From positions 1-64,000 of the IMG/VR virus record IMGVR_UViG_2706795703_000001: a stretch of 64,000 bases of DNA, one strand, 5' to 3'. Each line of letters begins with the position of its first letter. Position 1 is the stretch's first letter. The notes beneath the pieces were generated by a model that worked only from the letters and a program-made list of their open reading frames with translations, searched no databases and was not told where the DNA came from. A program made the position numbers and the translations under genes. This stretch comes from a virus (Duplodnaviria; Caudoviricetes). Shown piece after piece: positions 17,209 to 27,171 of the stretch.

Positions 17209-18015
17209 ATGCCTGGCATCCAGCCCGTCAAGGGCCGCCGCCTTCGGGCTACTAAGATCAACGGCTGCGGTATGCCACTCGCTGGCCCCCGCAATCGCCT
17301 CGTCACCTCCGGCTACGTCAGCCTGACCTTGACCGCTGTCATGCGCGAGGCCCAGGACTTGACGCAGGACAACGCCGAGGGCAAGGAGTGCTACAGCGAC
17401 CGCACCCCGCCGGAGCGCCGCTGGTACACCCCGCAGCTGGAGCTGTGCAACGTCAACACCGGTCTGCTGACCATGTTCACCGGCTGGGAGAACGTGCTCA
17501 GTGCCGATGACCTGCCGGTCGGCTACCGCGACCAGAAGGAAATCGAGACCGACCTGGGCATTGCCCTGGAGCTGTGGACGGCGGGCAAGTCGGACGAGGA
17601 TTGCGACGACATCCCCACCACTGACGCCGCGTTCACCGCGCCCGGCACTGGCCGCAGCTTCGGCTACTTCCTGCTGGGTGGCACCGAGTGGACCCCCGGC
17701 GACATCACCATCGGGGCCACGGTGTCGACGTTCACCCTGACCGGCCGCACCATCGCCATGCCGTACTGGGGCAAGGGCCCCTACAACGTGCAGGAGGACG
17801 ACACCGGGGCGGCTGGTCGTCTGGTGACGCCGACCAGCAAGAAGGAGCACCTGACGGTGTTCCGCACCATGATTGCCCCGCCGGAGCCCACGCCGGGCAC
17901 CGAGCCGGTGCCGCTGGCGACCAACAGCCTGTTCGTCGCGCCGGACTTCTACTACGGCGGGCCGACCAGCGAGCCGCCCGCCGACGTGGCACCCGAGCAG
18001 CCTGCGATCCCGTAG
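17209..18015 (+). CDS. Major tail protein
   Basis: AGGAGG RBS before ATG 17209; RLRATKINGCG, QDNAEGKECY, LELCNVN motifs; strong terminator downstream. Confidence 0.8.
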   Translation: MPGIQPVKGRRLRATKINGCGMPLAGPRNRLVTSGYVSLTLTAVMREAQDLTQDNAEGKECYSDRTPPERRWYTPQLELCNVNTGLLTMFTGWENVLSADDLPVGYRDQKEIETDLGIALELWTAGKSDEDCDDIPTTDAAFTAPGTGRSFGYFLLGGTEWTPGDITIGATVSTFTLTGRTIAMPYWGKGPYNVQEDDTGAAGRLVTPTSKKEHLTVFRTMIAPPEPTPGTEPVPLATNSLFVAPDFYYGGPTSEPPADVAPEQPAIP

Positions 18016-18038
18016 GCTGGTCTGCATCAGCGAAGCGA

Positions 18039-18069
18039 CAAGGCCCCCGGTCATTGACCGGGGGCCTTG
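18039..18069. terminator. Bidirectional hairpin between convergent genes
   Basis: CAAGGCCCCCGGTCA-T-TGACCGGGGGCCTTG, a perfect 15-bp inverted repeat. Confidence 0.85.
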
Positions 18070-18081
18070 CCGTTGTGTGGG

Positions 18082-18342
18082 TTAGGCGGCAGCTGCGGCC
18101 ACCGCCTCGTTGACCAGGTCGTAGGTGCCATAGCCGTTGCTGTAGAGGCGGCGCACCTGGGACGGCAGCAGGGTCAGGCGGGCGGCGGCACCGAAGGCCA
18201 CAGTGACGTCGTCGGTGGCGTGGACCTCGAGGATGGCGCGGGCCAGTCGGACCTCGTCGGTGCTGCTGCCCAGGTGGGCGGCGGCCTCGCGGATGCGACG
18301 GTCGAGGACGGCGGCGGCGAGGGTGCGGGTGGTGTGGGCCAT
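18082..18342 (-). CDS. Hypothetical protein, antisense insert in the tail region
   Basis: AAGGAG RBS, own promoter copy (18393-18422) and leader hairpin. Confidence 0.75.
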   Translation of the reverse strand: MAHTTRTLAAAVLDRRIREAAAHLGSSTDEVRLARAILEVHATDDVTVAFGAAARLTLLPSQVRRLYSNGYGTYDLVNEAVAAAAA

Positions 18343-18392
18343 GGTGACTCCTTGTGCTGGGCGGCGGGTCGGTCCCGCTTGCTTGTGTCACC

Positions 18393-18422
18393 ACACTAAC
18401 CCGCCTAAGTCGGGTAAGTCAA
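18393..18422 (-). promoter_or_regulatory. Promoter/operator copy 2
   Basis: TTGACT-TACCCGACTTAGGCGGGT-TAGTGT; first 24 nt identical to copy 1. Confidence 0.8.
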
Positions 18423-18470
18423 CACATTCGTAGAAGAAACTTCCGCACGTCGTCGGGCTACCCTGACCAC

Positions 18471-19205
18471 GTGGCTTTCACATGGCCGGTAGACCGGTCC
18501 GACTTCCCGGCCCTGCCGGACGACACCGACCCGGGGTATCCGGCGGCGGTGCTGGAGCAGACCGCAGCCGCCGACCTGGCCGTCCGCGTGCTGCACGCCC
18601 TGACCGGCCGCCAGTTCGGACTGCACGAGCACACCGTGCGCCCCTGCCGTGCCGACATGCCCATCTACGCCCCCGGCGGCGTCACCAGCTACGTACTCAG
18701 CTGGGAGGGCGACCGGTGGCTGTCGTGGTCCTGTGGGTGCCTGGGTGGCTGCAAACGCGGTGGGCCCCGCCAGGTCCACCTGCCCGGCCCCGTCTACGAC
18801 ATCATCGAAGTCAAGATCGCCGGGGTGGCCATCCCGCCGACGACTTACCGCGCCGAGGGAAATGTGCTGTACCGGCTGGGGGCACCCTGGCCCGTGCAGG
18901 ACTTCGGTAACCCTGCCGGTGAGGCCCGTACGTGGACGGTGACCTACCGCCGGGGCATTCCCGTGCCGTCGGGCTTCGCGGCGCTGACTGGCCTGCTGGC
19001 CAAGGAATTCCTGGCGGCGCTGAACGACGAAGGCCGGTGCCGACTGCCGCGCACCGTCACTACCGCCAGCCGCAACGGGGTCACCTACCGCGCCTATGAC
19101 CCCGCCGTCATCTACGCCAACGGCAAAACGGGTCTCCCCGAAATCGACCTGGTGCTGGCGTCGGTCAACCCGCACGCGCTCATGGCCGCCCCGACGGTGC
19201 GCTGA
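18471..19205 (+). CDS. Head-to-tail adaptor
   Basis: Position; ALTGRQFG..TVRPC, YRRGIPVP, GLPEIDL motifs. Start set at GTG 18471 (TACCCT 6 nt upstream). Confidence 0.7.
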   Translation: MAFTWPVDRSDFPALPDDTDPGYPAAVLEQTAAADLAVRVLHALTGRQFGLHEHTVRPCRADMPIYAPGGVTSYVLSWEGDRWLSWSCGCLGGCKRGGPRQVHLPGPVYDIIEVKIAGVAIPPTTYRAEGNVLYRLGAPWPVQDFGNPAGEARTWTVTYRRGIPVPSGFAALTGLLAKEFLAALNDEGRCRLPRTVTTASRNGVTYRAYDPAVIYANGKTGLPEIDLVLASVNPHALMAAPTVR

Positions 19206-19732
19206 TGACCAGCCCGTGCCGCACCGACCCGGCCATGGAAGTCATCGGCGGCGTCACCACCGCGCTGGCCGAGTTCTTCCGCGCTGACCAGGTGTGCCCG
19301 CCCATGGTCGGGGCCACCGCCAATATCCGTTTCTTCGCCGGTGACGGCGCACCGCTGGCGGCGTGGGACAGCCACGCCAGCCAGGGCTGCAATGAGCCGT
19401 TCGTCTGGGTGCGGGCCATGCGCCGCTACCAGAGCCAGACCTTCCCGAACCCCACGGTGGCCACCAACTGCAAGCTGCTGCGCGTGCTGCCGGTGGAGGT
19501 CGGCGTGGCCTGGTGCGCGGTGGTCGACCAGGAGCCCAAGTGGTCGGACTACGCCCACGAGGCGGCGGTGTCGATGGATACCGCGTGGCGGCTGGAGACC
19601 GCGCTGTGCGCCGCCGCCACCACCCTGCGCAACGACGACAGCGAGCGCCTGGTGGGAACCGACATCGTCAACCCGTACGGTCCAGAGGGCGGCGTCATTG
19701 CTTGGATCGCCACCCTGTACGCCAGCTACTAG
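19205..19732 (+). CDS. Head-tail connector/tail terminator-region protein
   Basis: TGATG overlap; position; GPEGG motif. Confidence 0.6.
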   Translation: MTSPCRTDPAMEVIGGVTTALAEFFRADQVCPPMVGATANIRFFAGDGAPLAAWDSHASQGCNEPFVWVRAMRRYQSQTFPNPTVATNCKLLRVLPVEVGVAWCAVVDQEPKWSDYAHEAAVSMDTAWRLETALCAAATTLRNDDSERLVGTDIVNPYGPEGGVIAWIATLYASY

Positions 19733-19742
19733 GAGGAACACC

Positions 19743-20084
19743 ATGGCCAAGGTCACCATCGAAGGCAGCATCACCCCCAGCACTTTCCTGGCCCGGGGTG
19801 CGCGCGTGACGGTGCAGCGCACCGAACGGGTGGAGCGGCTGATCAAGGCCGGGTTCGTGGTCGAGGTGCCCGACGCGCGCACCGACACCGAGCGCGAGGC
19901 TGACGACCAGGCGCAGGCTGCCCGCGACGAGCTGGGGGTGCCCGCGCGCAACGCCAGCCGCGACGATTGGGCAGAGTTCCTGGCCAGCCACCCCACCGGC
20001 GGGTTCGTCACCGAGGGCAAGAACCGCGACCAGCTGATTGCCGAGTGGGACGCCTACGACGCCCCGGCCGACGCCGAGGAGTAG
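19743..20084 (+). CDS. Hypothetical protein
   Basis: GGAGGA RBS before ATG 19743; C-terminal part of track ORF 19341..20084. Confidence 0.7.
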   Translation: MAKVTIEGSITPSTFLARGARVTVQRTERVERLIKAGFVVEVPDARTDTEREADDQAQAARDELGVPARNASRDDWAEFLASHPTGGFVTEGKNRDQLIAEWDAYDAPADAEE

Positions 20085-20088
20085 ACCC

Positions 20089-20502
20089 ATGGCGGCCACC
20101 GTCCGCATCCACATCAACGAGCCCGAGCTGGAACGCCAGTCCGGTGCGATATTCCGTGGCAAGCACCGCAGCCTGACCCGCCGCATCGCCACCCAGGCGC
20201 GTGCCGACGTGCCCGTGCGCACCGGCAACCTGGGCCGGACCATCGGGGAGCTACCGCAGCGCTACCGGCCTTTCCACGTCGACGGTGGGGTGGAAGCCAC
20301 GGCCGACTACGCGGCGGCGGTGCATGAGGGCAGCCGTCCCCACCGCATCACCGCCCGCCACGCCAGCGCGCTGCGCTTCGTCTGGCACGGGCGCGTGGTC
20401 TTCCGCAAGTCGGTGTGGCACCCCGGGGTACGGTCGCGCCCGTTCCTGCGCAACGCCGCCCAGCGCATCGCGGCCACCGACCCCGACATTCGCATGACGT
20501 GA
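20089..20502 (+). CDS. HK97 gp10-like tail completion/neck protein
   Basis: VPVRTGNLGRTI, YAAAVHEG and RPFLRNA motifs; GAGGAG upstream. Confidence 0.65.
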   Translation: MAATVRIHINEPELERQSGAIFRGKHRSLTRRIATQARADVPVRTGNLGRTIGELPQRYRPFHVDGGVEATADYAAAVHEGSRPHRITARHASALRFVWHGRVVFRKSVWHPGVRSRPFLRNAAQRIAATDPDIRMT

Positions 20503-20563
20503 CTACCCCGACAACGCTGGTATTCTCGCGGCCGGAATACCCCATCGCCTCGGGAGGGCACCC

Positions 20564-21106
20564 ATGACCACGTTCGGACCAGAAGGCACCAAGATCACCC
20601 CGCAGGAGCCCGACGCCGCCCAGCTGGTGCCGCCTGCGGACTACTGCGCGCCGGACGACGACAAAGACCCGGCCCCCGATGACGGCCTGGTCGAAGTGAC
20701 CCGCGTGCTGTCGGAGGTCGACGCGGACAACGCCGACGTGACCGTGGTGGAGCCCGACGAGGCCCCCGGCAACGCGGTGGCGCTGATCGAGCGGTTCGAC
20801 GTCACCGCCACCGACGAGGTCTGGAAGTTCGACTTCCTAGAGTTCCAGGGCGACAAGCTGGGCATCCGGCTGCCGCAGCGTCAGGCGCTGGCGGCGTTCT
20901 CCCTGGCGTCCAGCAAGTACGTGGCCATGGGCGTCAAGAACGACCTGACGGGCCTGTTCATTGCCCGGCACCTGTCGCCGGAAAGCTACGGCCGGGTGTT
21001 CAGCCGCCTGATGGACCCCGACGATGCCGCCTACACCGTCGACACCGTGGGCGAGCTGTTCAACGCGATTGTTACCGCTGCCATTGACGCAGACGACGAG
21101 GATTAG
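20564..21106 (+). CDS. Tail assembly chaperone-like protein
   Basis: Directly before tape measure; GGGAGG RBS; acidic. Confidence 0.65.
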   Translation: MTTFGPEGTKITPQEPDAAQLVPPADYCAPDDDKDPAPDDGLVEVTRVLSEVDADNADVTVVEPDEAPGNAVALIERFDVTATDEVWKFDFLEFQGDKLGIRLPQRQALAAFSLASSKYVAMGVKNDLTGLFIARHLSPESYGRVFSRLMDPDDAAYTVDTVGELFNAIVTAAIDADDED

Positions 21107-21133
21107 CAACGCCCCCTGGGATAGCCTGACCGG

Positions 21134-24100
21134 GTGACCGATGTCGGCAAGATCAGCCTTGGCGTTGAAATACATGCCGATGACCTGACTGCCCAGCTCG
21201 GTGAGGCTGTCCGTCGGGCCGTGCTGCCCACGCTGGACAAGCTGAACCGCAAGCTAAACGAGGTCCAGCGAGAATATCGCAACACCGGCAACGCGGCTGA
21301 GCGCAGCGCCGACAAGCAGGTGCGCCAGCTGCGCCGCGTGGCAGCTGAGGCCAACGCCACCGCCGCCGCTGTACGGGCGGCCACCACTGCCGCCTACGGG
21401 GGCCCGCGCACCGGTGACCCCGTCCCGCGCATCGAACGCCAACGACGCTCTACCGACGGGCTGGCCACCAGCACCGCCCGGGTGGCCGCAGCCCAGGCCG
21501 ACCTGAACACGTCCATCGACATCTTCGGCCGCCGCAGCCCCCAGGTCATCGCCGCCCAGCAACGCCTTGACCGGCTACAGGCCGCCCACACCGCCCAGCT
21601 GATACGGGCGGCGTCGGAGTCGCGCGCCAGCACCAACACCCGGGTGCGCGACTACGAACGGTTGGCACGCGCGGCCGAGGAGTCCGCAGCCCGGCAGATG
21701 GCGGCCAACCGCGTCTCAGCTGGCGGCGGCGGTGCTGCCAATCGCGGCGGTGGCCGTCGCGGGGTGCTGGGATTCCTGACCGGCCCCACCGGGCTGAACA
21801 GCATTGCCCTGGGCGCGTCGGCGCTGCCCGCAGTGGCAACGGGCGTTGTCAACATCGTGGGCGCGGTGCAGCAGCTGGGCCAGGCCGGTCTGGCACTGCC
21901 CGGCATCTTCGCTGGCGGCGCGGCGTCCATCGGTACCGCCGTCATCGGCTTCAAGGGCCTGGGCGACGCGGTCAAGGAATTGAACGAGGCGGCCAAGTCC
22001 GGCGACTACACCAAGGCCAACGAGCTGCTGAAGGACATGGCACCGGCGGCGGGCGAGGTGGCGCGCGAGGTGTCGCGGCTGACCCAGGGCCCGCTGAAAG
22101 ACTTCCAGAAGGCCATTGCCCAGCCCATGCTGGCCGGTGTCGCCGGTGACCTGACGACGTTTACCGACAAGGTGCTGCCCCGCGCGCAGACCGGCATGGG
22201 CAAGGTGGCCACCGCGTGGAACGGCACGCTGAAGACGTTGCTGCGCGAGGGGTCCAGCGACAAAACGCTGTCGCTGATGGACCAGATTTTCGGCAACACC
22301 GCCGAGGGCCAGACCCGGGCCAACAACGCCATCAAGCCCCTGATCAGTGCGTTTGGCACCTTGGCCAAGGAGGGCAGCTATTTCCTGCCCCGGCTGGGCG
22401 ACGGCATTACCAAGGTCACCGAGCGCTTCGACAAGTTCATCCAGAAAAACACCGCCAACGGCAACATCTTCCGATGGATTGATGAGGGCCTGAACGGTAT
22501 GCGGGCGTTCGGCAACGCCATCCTCAACGTCTTCAAGACGATCACGGGGCTGACCAAGGCGGCGGGCGCACTGAACGGCAGCCTGTCCGGCGACGGCGGT
22601 TTCCTGGGCTGGCTGGAGCGGTCGACTAAGGCCATGTCTGACCTGACCAACAGCGCCGACGGCCAGGCCAAGCTGACCCGGTTCTTCCGCGACGGGCGCG
22701 AAGACCTCAACCGCTGGGGCGATCTGCTCAAGGACATTTGGCCTGCGCTTAAGCAGATCATTGAGGGTTTCCAGGCGTGGGGCGACATCATTTTCCCCGT
22801 CGTCAAGGCCCTGGGCAGCGTCGCCGGGGCACTGGGCGAAGTCCCGGGGCTACTCCAGTCCATCCTGGTGGGCTTCCTGGCCTGGCGCACCATCGGCGGC
22901 ATCGTCGGCGGCATCACCGGCAAGATCAAGGGCATGAACGCCGCCGCAGCTGCGGGCGGCGGGGCGGCCGGTGGCTTCGGTAAGGGCCAGGCGGCGCTGC
23001 TGGGCGGCAGCCTGCTGCTGTCGGGCACCACCATGCAGCGCAACGCGGGCACCAGCACCACCAGCGGCGTGCTGGGGGCCTTGCAGACCATCGGCGGCGG
23101 TGCAGTCCTGGGCGGCACCATCGGCAGCGTCATCCCCGGCGTCGGCACCGGCATAGGCGCGGTCGTCGGCGGCGTCGCAGGCGCGGCGCTGGCCGGGTAT
23201 AACGCCCTGGTCAACCAGAACAAGGTGGCCACCGAGGCGGCGGCAGCTGCGGCTGAGAAGTGGGCGGCGACCAACGAGCGCAGCCACCAGGCCATGCTGG
23301 TCAACAGCCAGGCGATCAAGTCGATGAACGATGCGCTGGCTGAGTCCGGCGGCAAGCTGGACGCCAATTCGCAGGCGGCGGTCGGCCAGCAGATCGACGC
23401 CATACCCGAGCGCCTGGCCGGGGCGTATGACGAGGCGACGCTGAAGGGCATTGCCACCGCCCTGGGCGACGTCAACATGACCACCGACCAGATGGCAGCG
23501 ACCATCACCGGCAGCCAGGCGCAGTTTGACGCGCTGACCGCGCGGCTGAACAACATGGGCCCGGCCGGACAGATCGCCGCCGCCCAGCTGGCCACCATCC
23601 GCGATAACACCCTGGGCGCTGCCCAGAACGCCAGCCTGGCCGCGCCGCTGCTACAACAGCTGTCCGACAAGTTCGGCGGGCTGGCCGGAGCCCAGGTGGC
23701 GGTGCAAAACGCCTTCGCCGCCATCCCCGAAGACGTACCGGTGAACATCAACATGCCCAACGGGCAGGCGGTGTTCGACATCCTCAAGGAAATCGGTGCC
23801 CAGATACAGGTCAACAAAGACGGCCTGATCAACGTCACCGCCCCGTTGGCCCCGTCGACGCTGGAGCAGCTGAAGGCGCTGGGCGTGCAGATTCAGCAGA
23901 ACAAAGACGGCACCATTGTGGTGCAGCTGGACCAGGCCCGTTACCAGGACACCATCGCCAAGCTGGGCACCGTCGGCCAGCTGTACGACGATCTGTTCCG
24001 CAAGTCCGGCGCGCTACCCCTGCCGCCGGTCCCCGGTCCCCAGCGCAACAACGCCGCCGACCCGTTCCAGCTACCCGGCGGTGCTGACGGCATGGTTGTG

Positions 24101-27100
24101 CCCGGCTACGCGCCCGGCCACGACATTGTCAACGCCGTGCTGGCCCCTGGCGAAGGCGTGCTCATCCCCGAGGCCGTGCGCGGGCTGGGTGGCCCGGCCG
24201 GGGTCTATGCCATCAACAGCCGCTACCGCAGCGGGCTGAGCAAGCGCTACTACGCCGACGGCGGCGTGCATGTCGGCAGCGGCGCGCTGCCCGGGCCGCC
24301 CGGCGGCGAGACCGAGCTGGGCGTGCTCATGCAGATTCGTGACCTGCTGGCGGGTAAGGGTGGCGTCGGCGCGGTGGCAGCGACCGCCAGCGCCACCGAC
24401 ACCATTGCCAAGGCCAGCACCGGCACCACCGGCCAGACCATGGGCCCCTTCGGTACACCGATCAAGGCGCGCAATCGCGGCTACGAGGCAGCGGCGGCAG
24501 CCATCCAGGCGCTCGGTGGTGACCCAGAGAAGTGGATCGGGGCCGACCCCACCACCTACATCGCCCCGACCGCCAGCGGCGCGCTGGGCGGCACTACGGC
24601 GGCATTGCCGGGCACCGTCGACATCGCCGCGCTCCAGAAGTTCGCACTGACCGGCAACACCGCCGACCTGCCGCCGGGGCTGTCGATGAATGACCCCGTC
24701 GTCACCGCCATTGTCGGGGCAAGGAACAAGAAGAAGGGACTGAGCGACCAGGCCATCAGTGACCTGGTCGGCCAGGGCCTGGCCCCCGGTGGCTTCACCG
24801 GCACGCTGGACTCCGACAACACCAGCCTGGTCAAGGCGCTGGAGCGGCTGCGCACCAAGGGCACCAAGGTGCCGGGCGGCACGGCAGCGGTGGCGGGGTC
24901 CACCGGCGTGCCCATGTACGGCATCCCTGCGGGTGTCATGGACCCCATCAGCGCCTACGCGCAGCAGCACACCGGCGGGCAGTACAGCTGGGGCAGCAGT
25001 GACCTGGCGGCCGGGCTGAGCGACTGTAGCGGCGCGGTCAGTGACCTGGTCGAAATCATCACCCAGGGTCAGGCCACCAGCAAGCGCCTGTTCAGCACCG
25101 CCGACGCGGGCAGTGTGCTGTCCAGCCTGGGCGCGGTGTCCGGCGCGGTGCCGGGCGCGCTTCAGATCGGCTGGTCAGCCGAGCACATGCGCGCCACGCT
25201 GCCCAACGGCGTGGCTTTCGAGTCCGGCGGCGGGACCGGCCAGGGTGCCACCTACGGCGGCAACGCCAAGGGTGCGGCCGGTATGCCGAACATCATGTCG
25301 CTGCCGGTCAACGGTGTGCCCCTGGGCGCGGGCATGTCCGGCGCACTGCCGGGCGGCGCAGCTGGCGGCGGCACCCCGGTGTTCGTCACGAACTGGCCCG
25401 GCCAGGGTCAGGCCCCGCCCGGGGTCAACGCGCTGCTGGGTGGGCTGGCCAGCGGTGGCGGCCAGGCGGCGCAGAACGTCCTGGGCGACGTCATGGGCGC
25501 GGTGGCCGGGGTCGGCCAGGAGGGCTGGGCGACCAAGGGCGCGACGTACGCCCAGCTGTCGCAGCTGACCAAGGAGGGCAACCCACTGGCGCTGGCCAAG
25601 GCGTTCGGCCTCAATGTCGAGGACTTCACGCGCCAGGGCGGTGCGGGTACCGACGTCGAGAAGAATGACCAGGCTTATGACGCCAGCGGTCGGCTGTTCA
25701 GCGACACGTCGGCGCTGTTCGACCGCACCCTGACCAGCCTTAACGCCCAGCTGGACGCCATGCGCCAGCAGATGGTCGACGTCATCGAGCAGGTCAGCCA
25801 GAAGCTGAACGACAGCGCACTGGAGCCGGTGGTCAAGGCGGGCGTGCAGTCGGCACTGGAGGGGCTGAAGGACAGCGTCAGCAGCGCCATCGGCACCGCC
25901 ATGGGCAACGCCGCCGCCCCGCCCATCGCGGAGGCGGTCAGCAGCGCGGTGTCCAGCCTGCCCATCGACAACAGCGGCGCGGGCAACGTCGGCGGCAACG
26001 CAGCAGGCGCGGTCACCGGCGTGCTCGGTATGGCCGCAGGCGGCGCGGTGTCCGGCGGCGTGGCAGGCAAAGACAGCGTTCCGGCCCTGCTGATGCCGGG
26101 CGAGTTTGTGCTGAACACCACCGACGTGGCCCGCATGGGTGGCACCGCCGGGGTGGAGGCTGCCCGGCGCAAGGGCTTTCGGCACTACGCCACCGGCGGC
26201 GGGGTCATCGGCAACGACACCGTCGGCGCGGAGTTCTTCGGGGTCAGTCAGGTGCCGATCATCGGTGCCATCGTCAACCTGCTGGTGCGGGTGCTGCTCC
26301 AGGTCATCGGTGTGCAGATCGAAGTACGCGACACCATGAACGAAATGTCGTCGGACTTCCGGCAGTTCCGTGGTGACGCCTTCCAGGCATTCGACGCCCA
26401 GGGCCGTCTGCTCAACGACACGTCGGGACTGATCGAGCGCACCAGCAGCAGCGAGGAAACCGCAGCTGAGGAGCGTATTCGCATCCTCAAAATCGTCATC
26501 CAGGCGCTTATCAAGTACATCATCGAGAAGGTCATCGTCCCCATTACCAAGGCGGTGGCCAACGCGGCTATCCAGGCCGGGGCGTCGGCAGCGGGTGCAG
26601 CGGTCAACACCCAGGCCCCCGGCGCTGGCGGCATCGTGTCCAGCCTGATCAGCAGCGCGGGCCAGGCCGGTGTCGACATCGCCGCCGAGGTCGGTACCGA
26701 CTTCGCCCTGGCCATCAGCGAGACCCTTATCGACATGGTGGGCGACCAGCTGCAATCGTCCTTCCCCGACCTGATGGCCGGGGTGTTCGGCGGCGGCGCG
26801 CTGGCGTCGATCTTCGATCCCGCCGGTGGTTTCCTGGGCACGCTGATCGGCGGTCTGCTGTCGGGCATCACCGCGATCTTCGGTGGCCTGTTCGGCGGCG
26901 CGTCCACCGTCATCCCCGGCACCCCGTTTGACGAGGGCGGCCTGGCCGTCGGCAAGGGCTATTTGCCCAAGGCAGTGGACGACGCCGAACTGGTGCTCAG
27001 CCCGACCGAGACCGACCTGTTCGGGCGGTTCGTGTCGGCGCTGGAGCGCGGCGGGTTTGGCGGCGGTGGCAGTCGCACCGTCCACGCCCCCATTACTGTG

Positions 27101-27163
27101 ATCGGCGGCGGCACCGACACCGCCGACGCGATTGAGAACCGCTTGCTCAAGCTGATGCCGTAG
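21134..27163 (+). CDS. Tape measure protein with internal NlpC/P60-like domain
   Basis: 2009 aa, Ala/Gly-rich helical; DVGKISLGV N-terminus; YSWG..DCSG..H segment at about 24940-25270. Confidence 0.92.
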   Translation: MTDVGKISLGVEIHADDLTAQLGEAVRRAVLPTLDKLNRKLNEVQREYRNTGNAAERSADKQVRQLRRVAAEANATAAAVRAATTAAYGGPRTGDPVPRIERQRRSTDGLATSTARVAAAQADLNTSIDIFGRRSPQVIAAQQRLDRLQAAHTAQLIRAASESRASTNTRVRDYERLARAAEESAARQMAANRVSAGGGGAANRGGGRRGVLGFLTGPTGLNSIALGASALPAVATGVVNIVGAVQQLGQAGLALPGIFAGGAASIGTAVIGFKGLGDAVKELNEAAKSGDYTKANELLKDMAPAAGEVAREVSRLTQGPLKDFQKAIAQPMLAGVAGDLTTFTDKVLPRAQTGMGKVATAWNGTLKTLLREGSSDKTLSLMDQIFGNTAEGQTRANNAIKPLISAFGTLAKEGSYFLPRLGDGITKVTERFDKFIQKNTANGNIFRWIDEGLNGMRAFGNAILNVFKTITGLTKAAGALNGSLSGDGGFLGWLERSTKAMSDLTNSADGQAKLTRFFRDGREDLNRWGDLLKDIWPALKQIIEGFQAWGDIIFPVVKALGSVAGALGEVPGLLQSILVGFLAWRTIGGIVGGITGKIKGMNAAAAAGGGAAGGFGKGQAALLGGSLLLSGTTMQRNAGTSTTSGVLGALQTIGGGAVLGGTIGSVIPGVGTGIGAVVGGVAGAALAGYNALVNQNKVATEAAAAAAEKWAATNERSHQAMLVNSQAIKSMNDALAESGGKLDANSQAAVGQQIDAIPERLAGAYDEATLKGIATALGDVNMTTDQMAATITGSQAQFDALTARLNNMGPAGQIAAAQLATIRDNTLGAAQNASLAAPLLQQLSDKFGGLAGAQVAVQNAFAAIPEDVPVNINMPNGQAVFDILKEIGAQIQVNKDGLINVTAPLAPSTLEQLKALGVQIQQNKDGTIVVQLDQARYQDTIAKLGTVGQLYDDLFRKSGALPLPPVPGPQRNNAADPFQLPGGADGMVVPGYAPGHDIVNAVLAPGEGVLIPEAVRGLGGPAGVYAINSRYRSGLSKRYYADGGVHVGSGALPGPPGGETELGVLMQIRDLLAGKGGVGAVAATASATDTIAKASTGTTGQTMGPFGTPIKARNRGYEAAAAAIQALGGDPEKWIGADPTTYIAPTASGALGGTTAALPGTVDIAALQKFALTGNTADLPPGLSMNDPVVTAIVGARNKKKGLSDQAISDLVGQGLAPGGFTGTLDSDNTSLVKALERLRTKGTKVPGGTAAVAGSTGVPMYGIPAGVMDPISAYAQQHTGGQYSWGSSDLAAGLSDCSGAVSDLVEIITQGQATSKRLFSTADAGSVLSSLGAVSGAVPGALQIGWSAEHMRATLPNGVAFESGGGTGQGATYGGNAKGAAGMPNIMSLPVNGVPLGAGMSGALPGGAAGGGTPVFVTNWPGQGQAPPGVNALLGGLASGGGQAAQNVLGDVMGAVAGVGQEGWATKGATYAQLSQLTKEGNPLALAKAFGLNVEDFTRQGGAGTDVEKNDQAYDASGRLFSDTSALFDRTLTSLNAQLDAMRQQMVDVIEQVSQKLNDSALEPVVKAGVQSALEGLKDSVSSAIGTAMGNAAAPPIAEAVSSAVSSLPIDNSGAGNVGGNAAGAVTGVLGMAAGGAVSGGVAGKDSVPALLMPGEFVLNTTDVARMGGTAGVEAARRKGFRHYATGGGVIGNDTVGAEFFGVSQVPIIGAIVNLLVRVLLQVIGVQIEVRDTMNEMSSDFRQFRGDAFQAFDAQGRLLNDTSGLIERTSSSEETAAEERIRILKIVIQALIKYIIEKVIVPITKAVANAAIQAGASAAGAAVNTQAPGAGGIVSSLISSAGQAGVDIAAEVGTDFALAISETLIDMVGDQLQSSFPDLMAGVFGGGALASIFDPAGGFLGTLIGGLLSGITAIFGGLFGGASTVIPGTPFDEGGLAVGKGYLPKAVDDAELVLSPTETDLFGRFVSALERGGFGGGGSRTVHAPITVIGGGTDTADAIENRLLKLMP

Positions 27164-27171
27164 GAGGCAGC

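Noticed and set aside
21060-21133. Canonical tail-chaperone frameshift just before the tape measure
   Set aside because: No slippery heptamer seen and no room for a second ORF before GTG 21134.
24080-27010. Three GG..D....L.PGE.V-type motifs in the tape measure as a novel repeat
   Set aside because: Common in actinophage tape measure C-terminal regions.
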